From Flavobacteriales bacterium (GTDB lineage: Bacteria > Bacteroidota > Bacteroidia > Palsa-965), in contig JBEIPA010000009.1 of the NCBI GenBank assembly GCA_040377305.1, forward strand, positions 96,001 to 160,000: a stretch of 64,000 nt of DNA, written 5' to 3'. The position numbers and the translations under genes are program-made. Under the pieces are notes generated by a model, which worked only from the letters and a program-made list of their open reading frames with translations, was not told the origin of the DNA and ran no database searches. Shown here piece by piece: positions 47,482-58,091 of this stretch; the first letter of the stretch is position 1; the number at the start of each line of letters is the position of its first letter.

Positions 47482-48807
47482 GTGGTAAAATTCACCCTTT
47501 TCTTCATGAGTCTTTCGTTCCTGATCATTCTTCATGAATTCGGGCACTATATAACTGCGCGTTGGTTCAAAGCCCGCGTTGATAAATTCTATCTCTTTTT
47601 CGACTTCCTGTTTCCATTCGGCAACTTGCTGAAGTTTTCTTTGTTCAAGAAAAAAATCGGGAATACCGAATACGGTCTTGGTTGGTTTCCTTTTGGCGGG
47701 TACGTAGACATTGCCGGTATGATGGCAGATCCTGATAAACCAGATCAGAAGCCGGAGCCCGATGAATTCCGCGCAAAAAAACCTTATCAGCGTTTGATCA
47801 TCCTTGCAGGAGGAATCACCGTAAACTTTTTACTCGCGATCATTATTTACAGCATGATTTTCTTTGCATGGGGAGAAGAATATCTTCCAACCAGCGAAGC
47901 ACGTTACGGAATTACGGTCGATTCATTGCTCACGAACGTTGGTTTGCATGATGGTGACAAAATCGTTTCTGTAGACAACAAACCGGTTGAACGTTTCAAC
48001 TCATTGACTTCATTGATCTTTATTGATCAGGCGAAATCAATTCAGGTTATGCGTAATGGCAAGGAAGAAAACATTATGCTTCCTGACCTTGATAAGTCAT
48101 TGCTAAAAGCAGAGAATGCCAAATTCCTGATCGAGCCCCGTTTCCCCTTCGTAGTCGACAGCGTGTTTACTGATTTACCTGGATACAGCGCTGGATTCAA
48201 AGAGAACGATAGTCTTGTTACGCTTAACGGCGATTCACTGCTGTACTATCAGCAGTTTGTAAAAGAGCTGCAACATCAGAAGAGCAAACCGGTTGTTGTT
48301 GGACTTTATCGCAATGGTCAGTGGATGGAAATTCCGGTGACCGTGAACGAAGAAGCTCGCATCGGGTTACTTCCTTACTCAGGCGACCGCTATCTTAAGA
48401 CGAAGAAAATGGAGTATGGCTTTTTCGAATCATGGGGCTTGGGTTGGAATCGGACACTGGACAAGTTGGGCGGTTACATCAAACAAATGCGTTTGATCTT
48501 CTCGAAAGAAGGAGTTACGAAAGTGGGTGGATTTGCAAGTATCGCCAGCGTATTCCCGGAAGGGTGGGATTGGAGAGGATTCTGGGAAATCACTGCAATG
48601 TTATCCGTGATTCTTGCGTTTATGAACTTACTGCCGATTCCGGTTCTCGACGGAGGCTATATTCTCTTCGTTTTGTGGGAAATGGTTACCGGGAAGAAGG
48701 TTAGCGACAAGTTCATGAACAAAGCACTTACAGTTGGCATGTATCTTGTTTTAGGATTGCTGGTGCTTGCCAATGGTAATGATATCTATCGATTCCTGAT
48801 AAAGTAA
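47482..48807 (+). CDS. rseP: RIP metalloprotease RseP
   Basis: LHEFGH, PFGGYV, PDZ domains, NLLPIPVLDGG. Confidence 0.95.
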   Translation: MVKFTLFFMSLSFLIILHEFGHYITARWFKARVDKFYLFFDFLFPFGNLLKFSLFKKKIGNTEYGLGWFPFGGYVDIAGMMADPDKPDQKPEPDEFRAKKPYQRLIILAGGITVNFLLAIIIYSMIFFAWGEEYLPTSEARYGITVDSLLTNVGLHDGDKIVSVDNKPVERFNSLTSLIFIDQAKSIQVMRNGKEENIMLPDLDKSLLKAENAKFLIEPRFPFVVDSVFTDLPGYSAGFKENDSLVTLNGDSLLYYQQFVKELQHQKSKPVVVGLYRNGQWMEIPVTVNEEARIGLLPYSGDRYLKTKKMEYGFFESWGLGWNRTLDKLGGYIKQMRLIFSKEGVTKVGGFASIASVFPEGWDWRGFWEITAMLSVILAFMNLLPIPVLDGGYILFVLWEMVTGKKVSDKFMNKALTVGMYLVLGLLVLANGNDIYRFLIK

Positions 48808-48896
48808 TCAGTTGATGTTCGGATTAGGTAGTTAATGGCGGGCATTTAAAGTGATGGAATCAACTAATCGGCATATTAACTAATCAACTAATTGAC
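48808..48896. repeat. 8-mer arrays (AGTTGATT / AATCAACT), left arm decayed
   Basis: TCAGTTGA...TAGTTAAT ... AATCAACT AATCGGCA TATTAACT AATCAACT AATTGAC. Confidence 0.6.
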
Positions 48897-49721
48897 ATGT
48901 CGCGCTGTTTAACAGTACTCTTCTTCGTCCTGATTAGTGTAAGTTCCATTGCACAGTCGTCTACACGTACTTCCGACACGGCAACCGATGTAAAAACCAC
49001 CGGCGCAAACGGAAAGGCGAATGTGCTCATCATTCCATGGTCGCCGAAAATGTTTAACGGCAGCTCGGATGTAACGCGCGACATCAGCACAACCAGCGGA
49101 GAGAATTACAACACCATCCAGGAAACGTTTCGCATGGGCATGTGTATGCAGATGAAGACAACGTTTTCTGCAGCGTATAATGCAACCACGTTGCTCGACG
49201 ATACTGCAACGATGAAAGTCGATCTGATGTACGTGTACAACGTAACTGCCACAGAATACATTTCAGTGAACGCTCCGTTGAATCCGGAACCTGCTGTGAA
49301 GAAAGATGTGAAAGATGCAGGCGCAGGATCAGTAACCGGAATTAAGAACGGACAAGTTCAGGTAGAACAGCAAGAAGGTGAAAAGTTCATGAACACAGTT
49401 CTGCTTAGCCCAAATCTTTTGGATCACCTCCGGAAAGCATACAAGTGTGAATACGTCGTGTTTCTTAATCAACTCGACATGCAGAATGATTTCGGAACTG
49501 ATCCGTACAACACAACCGGCATGACCGATTTCAAACGCAGCTCATCTTTGCATTGGACTATTTTCAACACTTCAACCAAGAAGCGTGTGGCGATGGGCAA
49601 GAACAAAGCGTTGTTCCCGAACACGCATAAAACCACGAAGAAAATTATGGATGCTTCGTTTGGTGTTGTTTCGAAAGCGGTGTACGACAAGTTCGTTGTC
49701 GCGATTACTCCGAAAAAGTAA
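48897..49721 (+). CDS. Secreted hypothetical protein
   Basis: Signal peptide, 274-aa ORF. Confidence 0.65.
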   Translation: MSRCLTVLFFVLISVSSIAQSSTRTSDTATDVKTTGANGKANVLIIPWSPKMFNGSSDVTRDISTTSGENYNTIQETFRMGMCMQMKTTFSAAYNATTLLDDTATMKVDLMYVYNVTATEYISVNAPLNPEPAVKKDVKDAGAGSVTGIKNGQVQVEQQEGEKFMNTVLLSPNLLDHLRKAYKCEYVVFLNQLDMQNDFGTDPYNTTGMTDFKRSSSLHWTIFNTSTKKRVAMGKNKALFPNTHKTTKKIMDASFGVVSKAVYDKFVVAITPKK

Positions 49722-50016
49722 CGCGGATTCTGAAGTTGGTTTCCTGTTAATCTTTCACTCGGATCATCAAGGTATATTGAACGTTTCAATATTGGATTTT
49801 ATGAGATAAGCTTAACACATCTATCTCATTAAATCCGCAGAGTGGCGTTTCTGTTCACCAGACTCATCCGAACGAGTGAATAGAAAACAACGAGCATCGT
49901 AATCCGCGTTCCTTTTCTGCACGCGATCCCTGCATTTTTCGACGATTCCACCCCTTTTCACTGACGAAACGTGGACACTCTGAGAGCCTATTTGCCTACC
50001 TTTGTTATCCCCAAAA

Positions 50017-50048
50017 CAGTACGCAGTTTTCAGTGCGCGGTGCGCAGT
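50017..50048. repeat. 7-mer array (CAGTRCG), one arm
   Basis: CAGTACG CAGTTTT CAGTGCG CGGTGCG CAGT; same family as 19578. Confidence 0.8.
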
Positions 50049-50070
50049 GTCTGCCGAAAAACTTTACAAC

Positions 50071-51624
50071 ATGACTACAACAGCAACAGACACATTCGGA
50101 ATCGCGAAAGCACTTAAGCAACTTGGTATTACTGAGAGCAATTACGGCGCTTCAACCGGAACGATTCATTGGAACACAAAAGGCAAGAAAGTAGATTCAT
50201 ACTCTCCTGCTGATGGACAATTTATCGGCAGCACAAATCAGGCAGGTGATGAAGATTACCAACGCGTGATGAAAGCTGCAGAAGAAGCGTTCAAAGTGTG
50301 GCGCATGATGCCGGCACCGAAACGCGGAGAAGTTGTTCGTCAGATCGGCGACAAGCTTCGCGAGTTCAAACATCCGCTCGGTCAACTCGTTTCTTACGAA
50401 ATGGGAAAATCGTTGCAGGAAGGTTTGGGCGAAGTACAGGAGATGATCGACATCTGCGATTTCGCAGTCGGACTATCACGTCAGCTCTACGGATTAACAA
50501 TGCATAGCGAACGTCCCAAACACAGGATGTACGAGCAATATCATCCACTCGGAATTGTAGGAATTATTTCTGCGTTCAATTTCCCGGTTGCTGTGTGGGC
50601 GTGGAATGCAGCACTCGCGTGGGTATGCGGAGACGTTTGCGTTTGGAAGCCATCATCGAAAACTCCGCTGTGCGCAATCGCGTGTCAGAATATTATTTCT
50701 TCCGTGTTGAAAGACAACAACGTGCCTGAAGGTGTTTCGTGTGTGCTCATCGGAAATCCGGTTGGCGATATGATGAACAACGACGGTCGTGTTCCTTTGA
50801 TTTCTTTCACAGGCTCAACACGCATCGGAAGAATTGTTGCCGGTGCAACTGCGCAACGTTTCGGAAGATCAATTCTTGAACTTGGCGGAAACAATGCCAT
50901 CATCGTTTCTGAACATGCAGATTTGAGCATGGTACTTGTTGGAGCTGTGTTCGGCGCAGTGGGAACAGCAGGACAGCGTTGCACATCAACACGTCGATTG
51001 ATTGTTCACGAAAGCGTTTACGACAAAACAATTTCTGTTCTGAAGAACGCATACAATCAGTTGAGCATCGGCAATCCATTGGATTCAAAGAATCACGTTG
51101 GTCCGCTGATCGATGTGAAAGCAACCGAAGATTATCTCAACGCGATTGAACGTGCGAAGAAAGAAGGCGGAAAAGTGATTGTTGAAGGCGGTGTTCTTTC
51201 CGGCGCAGGATACGAAAGCGGATGTTACGTGAAGCCGTGCATCATAGAAGCGAAGAATGAATATCACATCGTACAGGAAGAGACATTTGCTCCGATTCTG
51301 TATGTGATGAAATACAAAACCATTGACGAAGCGATTGCGATGCAGAATGGTGTTCCGCAAGGGTTGTCTTCATCGATCTTCACCAACAGCATGCGTGAAA
51401 TGGAACAGTTCCTTTCTCACGAAGGATCTGATTGCGGAATTGCAAACGTGAACATTGGCACTTCAGGTGCGGAGATCGGCGGAGCATTCGGCGGTGAAAA
51501 AGAAACCGGTGGCGGACGTGAGTCGGGCTCTGATGCATGGAAAGTGTACATGCGCAGACAGACGAACACGATTAACTATTCTACAAGCCTGCCGTTGGCG
51601 CAGGGAATCAAGTTCGACTTGTAG
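50071..51624 (+). CDS. Aldehyde dehydrogenase, ALDH7/piperideine-6-carboxylate dehydrogenase type
   Basis: SAFNFPVAVW, FTGST, LELGGNNA, GTAGQRCT, GRESGSDAWK; ATG 50071. Confidence 0.92.
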   Translation: MTTTATDTFGIAKALKQLGITESNYGASTGTIHWNTKGKKVDSYSPADGQFIGSTNQAGDEDYQRVMKAAEEAFKVWRMMPAPKRGEVVRQIGDKLREFKHPLGQLVSYEMGKSLQEGLGEVQEMIDICDFAVGLSRQLYGLTMHSERPKHRMYEQYHPLGIVGIISAFNFPVAVWAWNAALAWVCGDVCVWKPSSKTPLCAIACQNIISSVLKDNNVPEGVSCVLIGNPVGDMMNNDGRVPLISFTGSTRIGRIVAGATAQRFGRSILELGGNNAIIVSEHADLSMVLVGAVFGAVGTAGQRCTSTRRLIVHESVYDKTISVLKNAYNQLSIGNPLDSKNHVGPLIDVKATEDYLNAIERAKKEGGKVIVEGGVLSGAGYESGCYVKPCIIEAKNEYHIVQEETFAPILYVMKYKTIDEAIAMQNGVPQGLSSSIFTNSMREMEQFLSHEGSDCGIANVNIGTSGAEIGGAFGGEKETGGGRESGSDAWKVYMRRQTNTINYSTSLPLAQGIKFDL

Positions 51625-51639
51625 GCTAAAAATTATTTG

Positions 51640-51693
51640 ACCACAAAGCGCAAAGTCACAAAGAAAATTTGTGGCTTTTGTGTTTCATGTGGT
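51640..51693. repeat. Inverted CACAAAG / TTTGTG arrays
   Basis: ACCACAAAG CGCAAAG TCACAAAG AAAA TTTGTGG CTTTTGTG TTTCATGTGGT. Confidence 0.7.
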
Positions 51694-51712
51694 TAAGGCT
51701 AACTTTGAAAGC

Positions 51713-52942
51713 ATGAAGCTGATACGGATCTTGTTTGTGCTTGTTTTGTCAACGTCTACATTGTTCGCGAAAGATTTGCTGCGTGCGGGTCAATGGCGCG
51801 GCATGTTGCAGATGAACGACACTACAGAACTTCCTTTCACATTTGAGATTCAACATGGTGATGGAGGATCTTTTTTCACCGTGATTAACGCAAGTGAACG
51901 GATTCTTGTAGATGCATTTGTATTCACAAACGATTCTGTGAAATGGACGATGCCCGTGTTTAATACGAAGTTTCGATGCAGACGCGAAAGTGATTCAACG
52001 TTTTCGGGCGAGTGGAATAACACAGCTGCCAGTAAACCGTATGTGCTGAAATTTCGTGCGGTGTATGGAGAGTCGCGTTTTCCGGTAGTTCCGCAGTGTG
52101 CGGGCTTTTACGATTTCGAGGGAAAGTGGGAATGCACATTTTCACCGGGGGAGAAAAGTCAGAGTAAAGCAATCGGACTTTTCAGTTTCGGAGATCACGG
52201 AACGTACACGGGAACATTTGCAACTGAGTTTGGCGATTATCGTTTTCTCGAGGGAGCACATACGGCATGTGATGAAATTGCCTTATCGTGTTTTGATGGC
52301 CAGTTTGCATTTCTTTTCATAATGAAAGTGCGCTTCGATTCCATGCAGGGAGAATATTGGTCCGGAAAATATTATCACGAAACATGGAAAGCAAAACGCA
52401 ACGACAATTTTGAATTGCGCGATCCTGATAAGCTCGCTTGGGCAAAAGATTCCACCGATGTTGATTTCACATTCAACGATCTAAATGGAAAACCAGTCTC
52501 GCTTTCTGATTACAGAGGAAAAGTTGTAATCCTGCAAGTGATGGGTACATGGTGTCCGAATTGTCTGGATGAAACAAAGTGGATGCAGGAAGTGTACACG
52601 AAGTATCACGATCAGGGATTGGAAATTATCGGACTTTCCTACGAACGTAAAGGTGATACAGCTACACAAAACGCTGCGATCCGAAGAATACGTGATCGAT
52701 TTGGTGTAACGTATACATTGCTGAATACCGGCAAGAGCGGCAAGGATTCTGCATCAGCCAGTTTGCCATTCATCAGTGGAATATTTGCTTTTCCAACGAG
52801 CATTTACATTGACAGAAGCGGAAATGTACGACGTATTCACAGTGGATACAACGGCCCTGCGACGGGGGCATATTACACACGTGATTCAGAGCATGCATTG
52901 CGATTGATTCAGGAATTGCTCGCAGAGAAACCGAAGAAGTAA
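51713..52942 (+). CDS. TlpA-like thiol-disulfide oxidoreductase
   Basis: Signal peptide, GDYRFLEG, WCPNC, FPT. Confidence 0.85.
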   Translation: MKLIRILFVLVLSTSTLFAKDLLRAGQWRGMLQMNDTTELPFTFEIQHGDGGSFFTVINASERILVDAFVFTNDSVKWTMPVFNTKFRCRRESDSTFSGEWNNTAASKPYVLKFRAVYGESRFPVVPQCAGFYDFEGKWECTFSPGEKSQSKAIGLFSFGDHGTYTGTFATEFGDYRFLEGAHTACDEIALSCFDGQFAFLFIMKVRFDSMQGEYWSGKYYHETWKAKRNDNFELRDPDKLAWAKDSTDVDFTFNDLNGKPVSLSDYRGKVVILQVMGTWCPNCLDETKWMQEVYTKYHDQGLEIIGLSYERKGDTATQNAAIRRIRDRFGVTYTLLNTGKSGKDSASASLPFISGIFAFPTSIYIDRSGNVRRIHSGYNGPATGAYYTRDSEHALRLIQELLAEKPKK

Positions 52943-53706
52943 TGCAGAACAACCGCTTCTTTCTCAAGCTGTCTTATCTCGGCACGGAATATTCCGGCTG
53001 GCAGTTCCAGTTGAATGTTCCAACCGTGCAGGAAACACTTGAGAAAACGCTTTCGGCAATTCTTCACGAAAAGATTACGGTTATCGGTTGTGGCAGAACA
53101 GATGCCGGAGTTCATGCCTCAGAATATTTCGCACACATTGATGCAACACGAAACGATTTGCACAGTGATCCGCAATTTCTTTTTCGTTTGAACAAGTCAT
53201 TGCCGCCTTCTATTGCCGTGCACACCGTGTATGCCGTGCCGGAAACTGCACACGCACGATTTTCCGCAACATCGAGAAGCTACACGTATTTCATCACTCC
53301 AACGAAGAATGCAATTGACAGCGCAACATCGTGGTACGTTCACGAACCGTTGAATATTGACGCGATGAATGAAGCAGCAGAAATCATTCTTAGTTACGAT
53401 GATTTTATTTCCTTCAGCAAAACGGGAGGTGAAATGAAAACGAGTTTGTGCAGAGTGACACATTCGCAGTGGACCGAAGAGAATGGCAAGATTGTTTATC
53501 GCATTACTTCGAATCGATTTTTGCGCAACATGGTTCGTATGTGTGTAGGTACGATGGTGGAAGTAGGAGCAGGGAGAATGTCCCCACAACGCGTGAAGGA
53601 ATTATTGGACGGAAAAAAGCAACCGGAAATTCTGCATATCGCTCATGCGAATGGATTATTTTTGAGTGAGGTGAAGTATCCAATTATATTCGAACAAAAT
53701 GTCTGA
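52942..53706 (+). CDS. truA: tRNA pseudouridine(38-40) synthase
   Basis: Y.GWQ, GRTDAGVHA, HARFSA, RFLRNMVR. Confidence 0.96.
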   Translation: MQNNRFFLKLSYLGTEYSGWQFQLNVPTVQETLEKTLSAILHEKITVIGCGRTDAGVHASEYFAHIDATRNDLHSDPQFLFRLNKSLPPSIAVHTVYAVPETAHARFSATSRSYTYFITPTKNAIDSATSWYVHEPLNIDAMNEAAEIILSYDDFISFSKTGGEMKTSLCRVTHSQWTEENGKIVYRITSNRFLRNMVRMCVGTMVEVGAGRMSPQRVKELLDGKKQPEILHIAHANGLFLSEVKYPIIFEQNV

Positions 53707-53929
53707 AGACGCAATCATTTGGATCAGCATTGCTGGCGTTGGGGTTTTAGCGGCCCTGATTGTGGCGCTCGCGAATTATTTCACGATACGTTCTCAACAA
53801 CGTCGTGGAAAGCAAATGATGAAGAACATTACGGATGGAAAATACGACAAGAGCAAAAAGCATTTTGGTGATCAGGGCGGTTGGGAAACTGATGAGTATA
53901 CGGACACGACGAATGCACCGCCGAAATAA
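53699..53929 (+). CDS. Small single-TM protein
   Basis: N-terminal TM; overlaps the truA stop. Confidence 0.5.
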   Translation: MSEDAIIWISIAGVGVLAALIVALANYFTIRSQQRRGKQMMKNITDGKYDKSKKHFGDQGGWETDEYTDTTNAPPK

Positions 53930-53961
53930 ATAATTTGACGAGCAATCCCTCCATCTGCACT

Positions 53962-56094
53962 TTAATTTCCTTTCGCAAACGACAACGTAAATTTTGTCCC
54001 CCGGCCCGCAGTACTTTTCACCTGAACTTTTCCTTCTAGCTTTTCAATTGCTTTCTTTACAAGATACAATCCCAATCCTGAGCCTTCCGGAGAATTTGTT
54101 CCTTTGAAATACATATCGAATATCTTATCCTGAATTTCCATAGGAATCCCTATTCCGTTATCCTCCACCGTTATTATTGTGGAATCAGAAGTTTGTATAA
54201 AATCAATATTCAGGAACGAATGATCAAGTGCATGGTTCTGATAGCGGATGCCGTTCTCAATTAAGTGAACCAATACCGTTTTTAACAGAAAGAGATTTGT
54301 GCGCATAATAGCGCTGTTGGGAATATTGATGTTCAACTTTATTCTGGAGTAGCCGTAATTGTTGTGCATCAGAGAAATCATTTCCTGAATAATAACTTTC
54401 GGGTAAACAAGATCATCGCGCTTAACCGTCTCTTTAATTTCCATGGCGCGAATAAACTGCGTACGTATAACATTCAGTTTCTTCGCCTGACTTTCGATCA
54501 TCGCGATGTACTTGACCGCCAGCGGATCTGATATATCCTGTTTGCTCACTTCAATCAATCCCAGAATGGAAGATAGCGGAGCGTGCAGATCGTGGGAGGA
54601 TTTATAAATGTATGTTTCCAGCTCACTCGCTGAATTGCGCAGACTTTCTTTAGCCACGGTAATTTCTGTGATGTCCTGACACACGCCGAATAATCCAGTG
54701 GGTTTTCCATTCTCACCGAACTCAAATTTGCAGATGGAGTGAATGTGCTTAACCGTTCCATCACTCAACACAATGCGATGTTCAATATCCGAATCCTTGT
54801 AAGAATCCTGATCACACTGAAGCTGTAGCAATACGGCCGGTCGATCCTGAGGATGAATCAGGGAAACCCATTGTTCAAAATCATAAACAGTTTCAGTTGC
54901 CGGCAACCCATAGATCTTACAAGTTTCTTCCGAGCAATTGGCTTTTCCGGTCGTAAAATCCAATTCCCAATGTCCTACTTTGGCGATTGACTGCGCCCGC
55001 TTCAGCAACATTTTCTTGTATTGATTTTCTTCGAGCGTTTTTTTCAGTTCACTGATATCTGTTATTGCATGTGTAGTTCCAATGCGAATCCCGTGGTCGT
55101 TGAGGCAAGGTGAATTTTTGGTGATCGCCCAAATTGATTCTCCCGATTTGGTCTTTAGGTTTAATTCAGCCGTACCCGAATTCTCAGTCCATACTACTGA
55201 ACCTAATCCGTTCAATAGTAGTGAAGAGTTCGATCCGTAAAGTTCGTCCTGATTATAACCTAAAAGCGCGCGAAAGCTATTGTTGGTATACATGACATGA
55301 CCGTTCAGGTCAACCATTACGACACCTTCGGACATGGTGTCGATAATCCGGTCTACTTGTTTTCTTGGAGAGAAATCGAGCAGATTGTATTTCTTAATCG
55401 CGATGTAGGCGATCACAGAGAATACAGTCATGAGTGGAGTAGTAAGTGGCACCAGGTCGATGTGGAGAGCTAGCGGAAATATGATCTCCGAGATAAGACC
55501 ACCTAAGTAAGGAACTGTAACTCCAATTAGCAGCAACAGGTATGGACGGCGCGCAATTTTGTCTTTCCTGTTTTTCCAGTATGCTCTCCATAATAGAACG
55601 GGCATCAACAAGGAGACACCAGCGATAAACATGTACACCACGTGATTAGCCGCTGAATTATCCGGATTAGCGATCCAACCCCAAGCGGAATTATACACCA
55701 GGGTGTGTTTGCAATCACCAGCAAATATGATCATCTCCAATAGGAATGCAGGCAGTATGAAGGGAGCTACGTGTTTGCCCGATTCAACCAGCTTTGACAA
55801 ACGCGTGTATTCCAAAACCACAATTGCACCTGCTGCTGCAATGAATACCCAGGGCGAAAATGATATTTTTTGCCAGCGTGTAGCTGCTTGTTCGGTCACC
55901 GACATGTGCATCATTCCATCGGAAAATTGCGCAACCCCTAACAGGAAAATGAAGAGAACAAATACTCTGTTCAAACGCGTTCCCGGGAGTTTCACTGTAA
56001 CAAATACGGCCAGCACCAGATTGATCAATGCGGGCAGAATGTACAGGGGAATATTACTGATCCAGGTTGAATTAATATCAAATAACTGTGTCAT
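53962..56094 (-). CDS. Sensor histidine kinase with 7TM N-terminus and PAS domains
   Basis: About 7 TMs, two PAS domains, SHDL.APL, DNGIGI, GSGLGL. Confidence 0.88.
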   Translation of the reverse strand: MTQLFDINSTWISNIPLYILPALINLVLAVFVTVKLPGTRLNRVFVLFIFLLGVAQFSDGMMHMSVTEQAATRWQKISFSPWVFIAAAGAIVVLEYTRLSKLVESGKHVAPFILPAFLLEMIIFAGDCKHTLVYNSAWGWIANPDNSAANHVVYMFIAGVSLLMPVLLWRAYWKNRKDKIARRPYLLLLIGVTVPYLGGLISEIIFPLALHIDLVPLTTPLMTVFSVIAYIAIKKYNLLDFSPRKQVDRIIDTMSEGVVMVDLNGHVMYTNNSFRALLGYNQDELYGSNSSLLLNGLGSVVWTENSGTAELNLKTKSGESIWAITKNSPCLNDHGIRIGTTHAITDISELKKTLEENQYKKMLLKRAQSIAKVGHWELDFTTGKANCSEETCKIYGLPATETVYDFEQWVSLIHPQDRPAVLLQLQCDQDSYKDSDIEHRIVLSDGTVKHIHSICKFEFGENGKPTGLFGVCQDITEITVAKESLRNSASELETYIYKSSHDLHAPLSSILGLIEVSKQDISDPLAVKYIAMIESQAKKLNVIRTQFIRAMEIKETVKRDDLVYPKVIIQEMISLMHNNYGYSRIKLNINIPNSAIMRTNLFLLKTVLVHLIENGIRYQNHALDHSFLNIDFIQTSDSTIITVEDNGIGIPMEIQDKIFDMYFKGTNSPEGSGLGLYLVKKAIEKLEGKVQVKSTAGRGTKFTLSFAKGN

Positions 56095-56487
56095 TTCTTT
56101 AGTAAAAATTTGAACTACAAAAGTCCGGCAAGAGCTGCCTCTAATTCATGACCAAGATCACATGCGAATTTTGCCGGTTGCAGTGGAACAATCGAGTCAA
56201 AGGGCAGTATTTAAGACGCAATGTGCTGTATTGAGCATGTAACGGCATTATAAGAGAGGAGACGTGAAAACTGACTTTTATCAGGTGGCGCCGGACAAAT
56301 GCAGGACATTCTGCATATTTTGCCAATGGCATTTTGGGTTTGGCAGTTATTGCAACATGCGGAAGTGCCGGTCAGAACTTGAGGTAATTATTGGTTTAAC
56401 TGCAATTCGAAGCAAGCCATAGGCACAATCCCGTTTCTCAGTTCACTGCAGTTGGTGTTATTTCGTTGCACAATAGATTCTCATACT

Positions 56488-57153
56488 ATGAAACGGATGT
56501 CTTTCTTTTTTGTAATGCTCGCGCCGGTTTTTGCTCAGGCACAATCTGTACCAACCAGAGACACAATTGTCTATTTCTTCAAGCCGCACTTTACGCTGTT
56601 CGTAGCTCCGCTGGCAATGGCGGATTACATCGGCGGGTACAATTTCCGTTTTGGCACAGAATATTCTCTCGGGGAAAATGTAAACGGATTGACCGAAGTG
56701 AGTGTGTATATGCCTTGGCATCAGCACTACAATTATGTTTCAGGATTCAAAGTGAGACAGGATTTCCGCAAGTACAACATGAGTAAAATGATGTTCGCAG
56801 GTGGATCAATCATGCTTAAGCAGCAGAACATTGATCACATTGCCGTAATTCCGATTACCGATTCCACGTATTACAAAAAATCGTACACACTCCATAAAAC
56901 CATTGTGTCGCCTTCATTCACCATTGGATTTAATCAAAATATCTACAACCATTGGTATTTTGACGTTGCGGCTTACGCCGGATTCCGATTAAAGTCTGCT
57001 AATACGGAAGGCTTGACACCAACGGAACGCTCCACGATGTGGAACTACGATATTGAATATGATGACCTGGACAGGAAGACGATGCTGAAGCAGGGGCAAC
57101 ACATCGGAATTGAATTGCAGGCATGTCTGAGAATCGGATATGTATTTAGCTGA
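56488..57153 (+). CDS. Putative outer-membrane beta-barrel protein (DUF3575-like)
   Basis: Signal peptide, amphipathic strands, C-terminal RIGYVF. Confidence 0.55.
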   Translation: MKRMSFFFVMLAPVFAQAQSVPTRDTIVYFFKPHFTLFVAPLAMADYIGGYNFRFGTEYSLGENVNGLTEVSVYMPWHQHYNYVSGFKVRQDFRKYNMSKMMFAGGSIMLKQQNIDHIAVIPITDSTYYKKSYTLHKTIVSPSFTIGFNQNIYNHWYFDVAAYAGFRLKSANTEGLTPTERSTMWNYDIEYDDLDRKTMLKQGQHIGIELQACLRIGYVFS

Positions 57154-57237
57154 GTATTTGTATTAACTTTTCTGCATGAAATCCAGACGGCGGTCCCGCC
57201 AGCATTCACTATTTGAGTTTTTGAACACGTGTTGTCT

Positions 57238-58059
57238 ATGAGAAATTATTTTATTCCGATTTCGTTTCTGCTGATTTTGCTATCCGGTTGTGGTGACCAT
57301 CAGAACGTAGAAACAACAGTTGATCCATCCGACTCCATTATTTTCAAAGACGCACAGGGAAATTTTCTGACTCTCGCAGATCTGGACAGCTTCTCCGGCA
57401 CGATTGCCTATGAAATTCCCGACGACATCGAAGTGAATCCGGAAGCGAGTCGTTTGCATCAGGAAGGACGAATGCTTGCTGGGGAAGGCAAATACGCCGA
57501 GTCGGTCGAAAAGCTAAAAGCCGCAATGGAGATTCAACCGGAGTGGGCGTATCCACCGTACGATCTTGCGTACACGTATTCACTCATGGGTGATGATGCG
57601 AGCGCCCTGAAATACTACGAGCTTACCGATTCACTTCGCCCGCATGGATTTTTCACCTGCAAAACAGCATTGTGGAGCTTACGCGCAGAACGTGATGGAA
57701 AATTTCCACATGGCGCATACATGACCTTCATGCAGATTGAATGGTCATCGAACGACAAGGAGAAAAAGGCAATCGCGCAAATGATTGTTGACACACTTCC
57801 ATTGTACGCTCCGGCGTGGATGGAGTTAAGTCATTTGCTCGAAGACAATCTCGCGCGACTGGATGCCATTGAACGCGGACTGGCTGCAGATCCTGATGCA
57901 GAAACAAAGGGAATGATGCTCATTAACAAAGCGGCTATTCTGAATTTGCAAGGACAGCACGATGAAGGAGTGGCTATTCTAGGCGAAGTTATTTTTGATC
58001 CGGAAACGACGGGCTCGAATAGAGAATTAGCAAAGACGACGTTGAAGACGTTTTATTAG
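57238..58059 (+). CDS. TPR-containing lipoprotein
   Basis: LSG-C lipobox; TPR-like helices. Confidence 0.65.
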   Translation: MRNYFIPISFLLILLSGCGDHQNVETTVDPSDSIIFKDAQGNFLTLADLDSFSGTIAYEIPDDIEVNPEASRLHQEGRMLAGEGKYAESVEKLKAAMEIQPEWAYPPYDLAYTYSLMGDDASALKYYELTDSLRPHGFFTCKTALWSLRAERDGKFPHGAYMTFMQIEWSSNDKEKKAIAQMIVDTLPLYAPAWMELSHLLEDNLARLDAIERGLAADPDAETKGMMLINKAAILNLQGQHDEGVAILGEVIFDPETTGSNRELAKTTLKTFY

Positions 58060-58091
58060 GAACGCCATGAAACTTAGTAAAAGGATTAAAC

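Noticed and set aside
56100-56450. Long intergenic region with TGGCA motifs; possible riboswitch or sigma-54 site
   Set aside because: GG-to-GC spacing is 8 rather than 10 and no recognisable riboswitch consensus was seen; an Rfam search would be needed.
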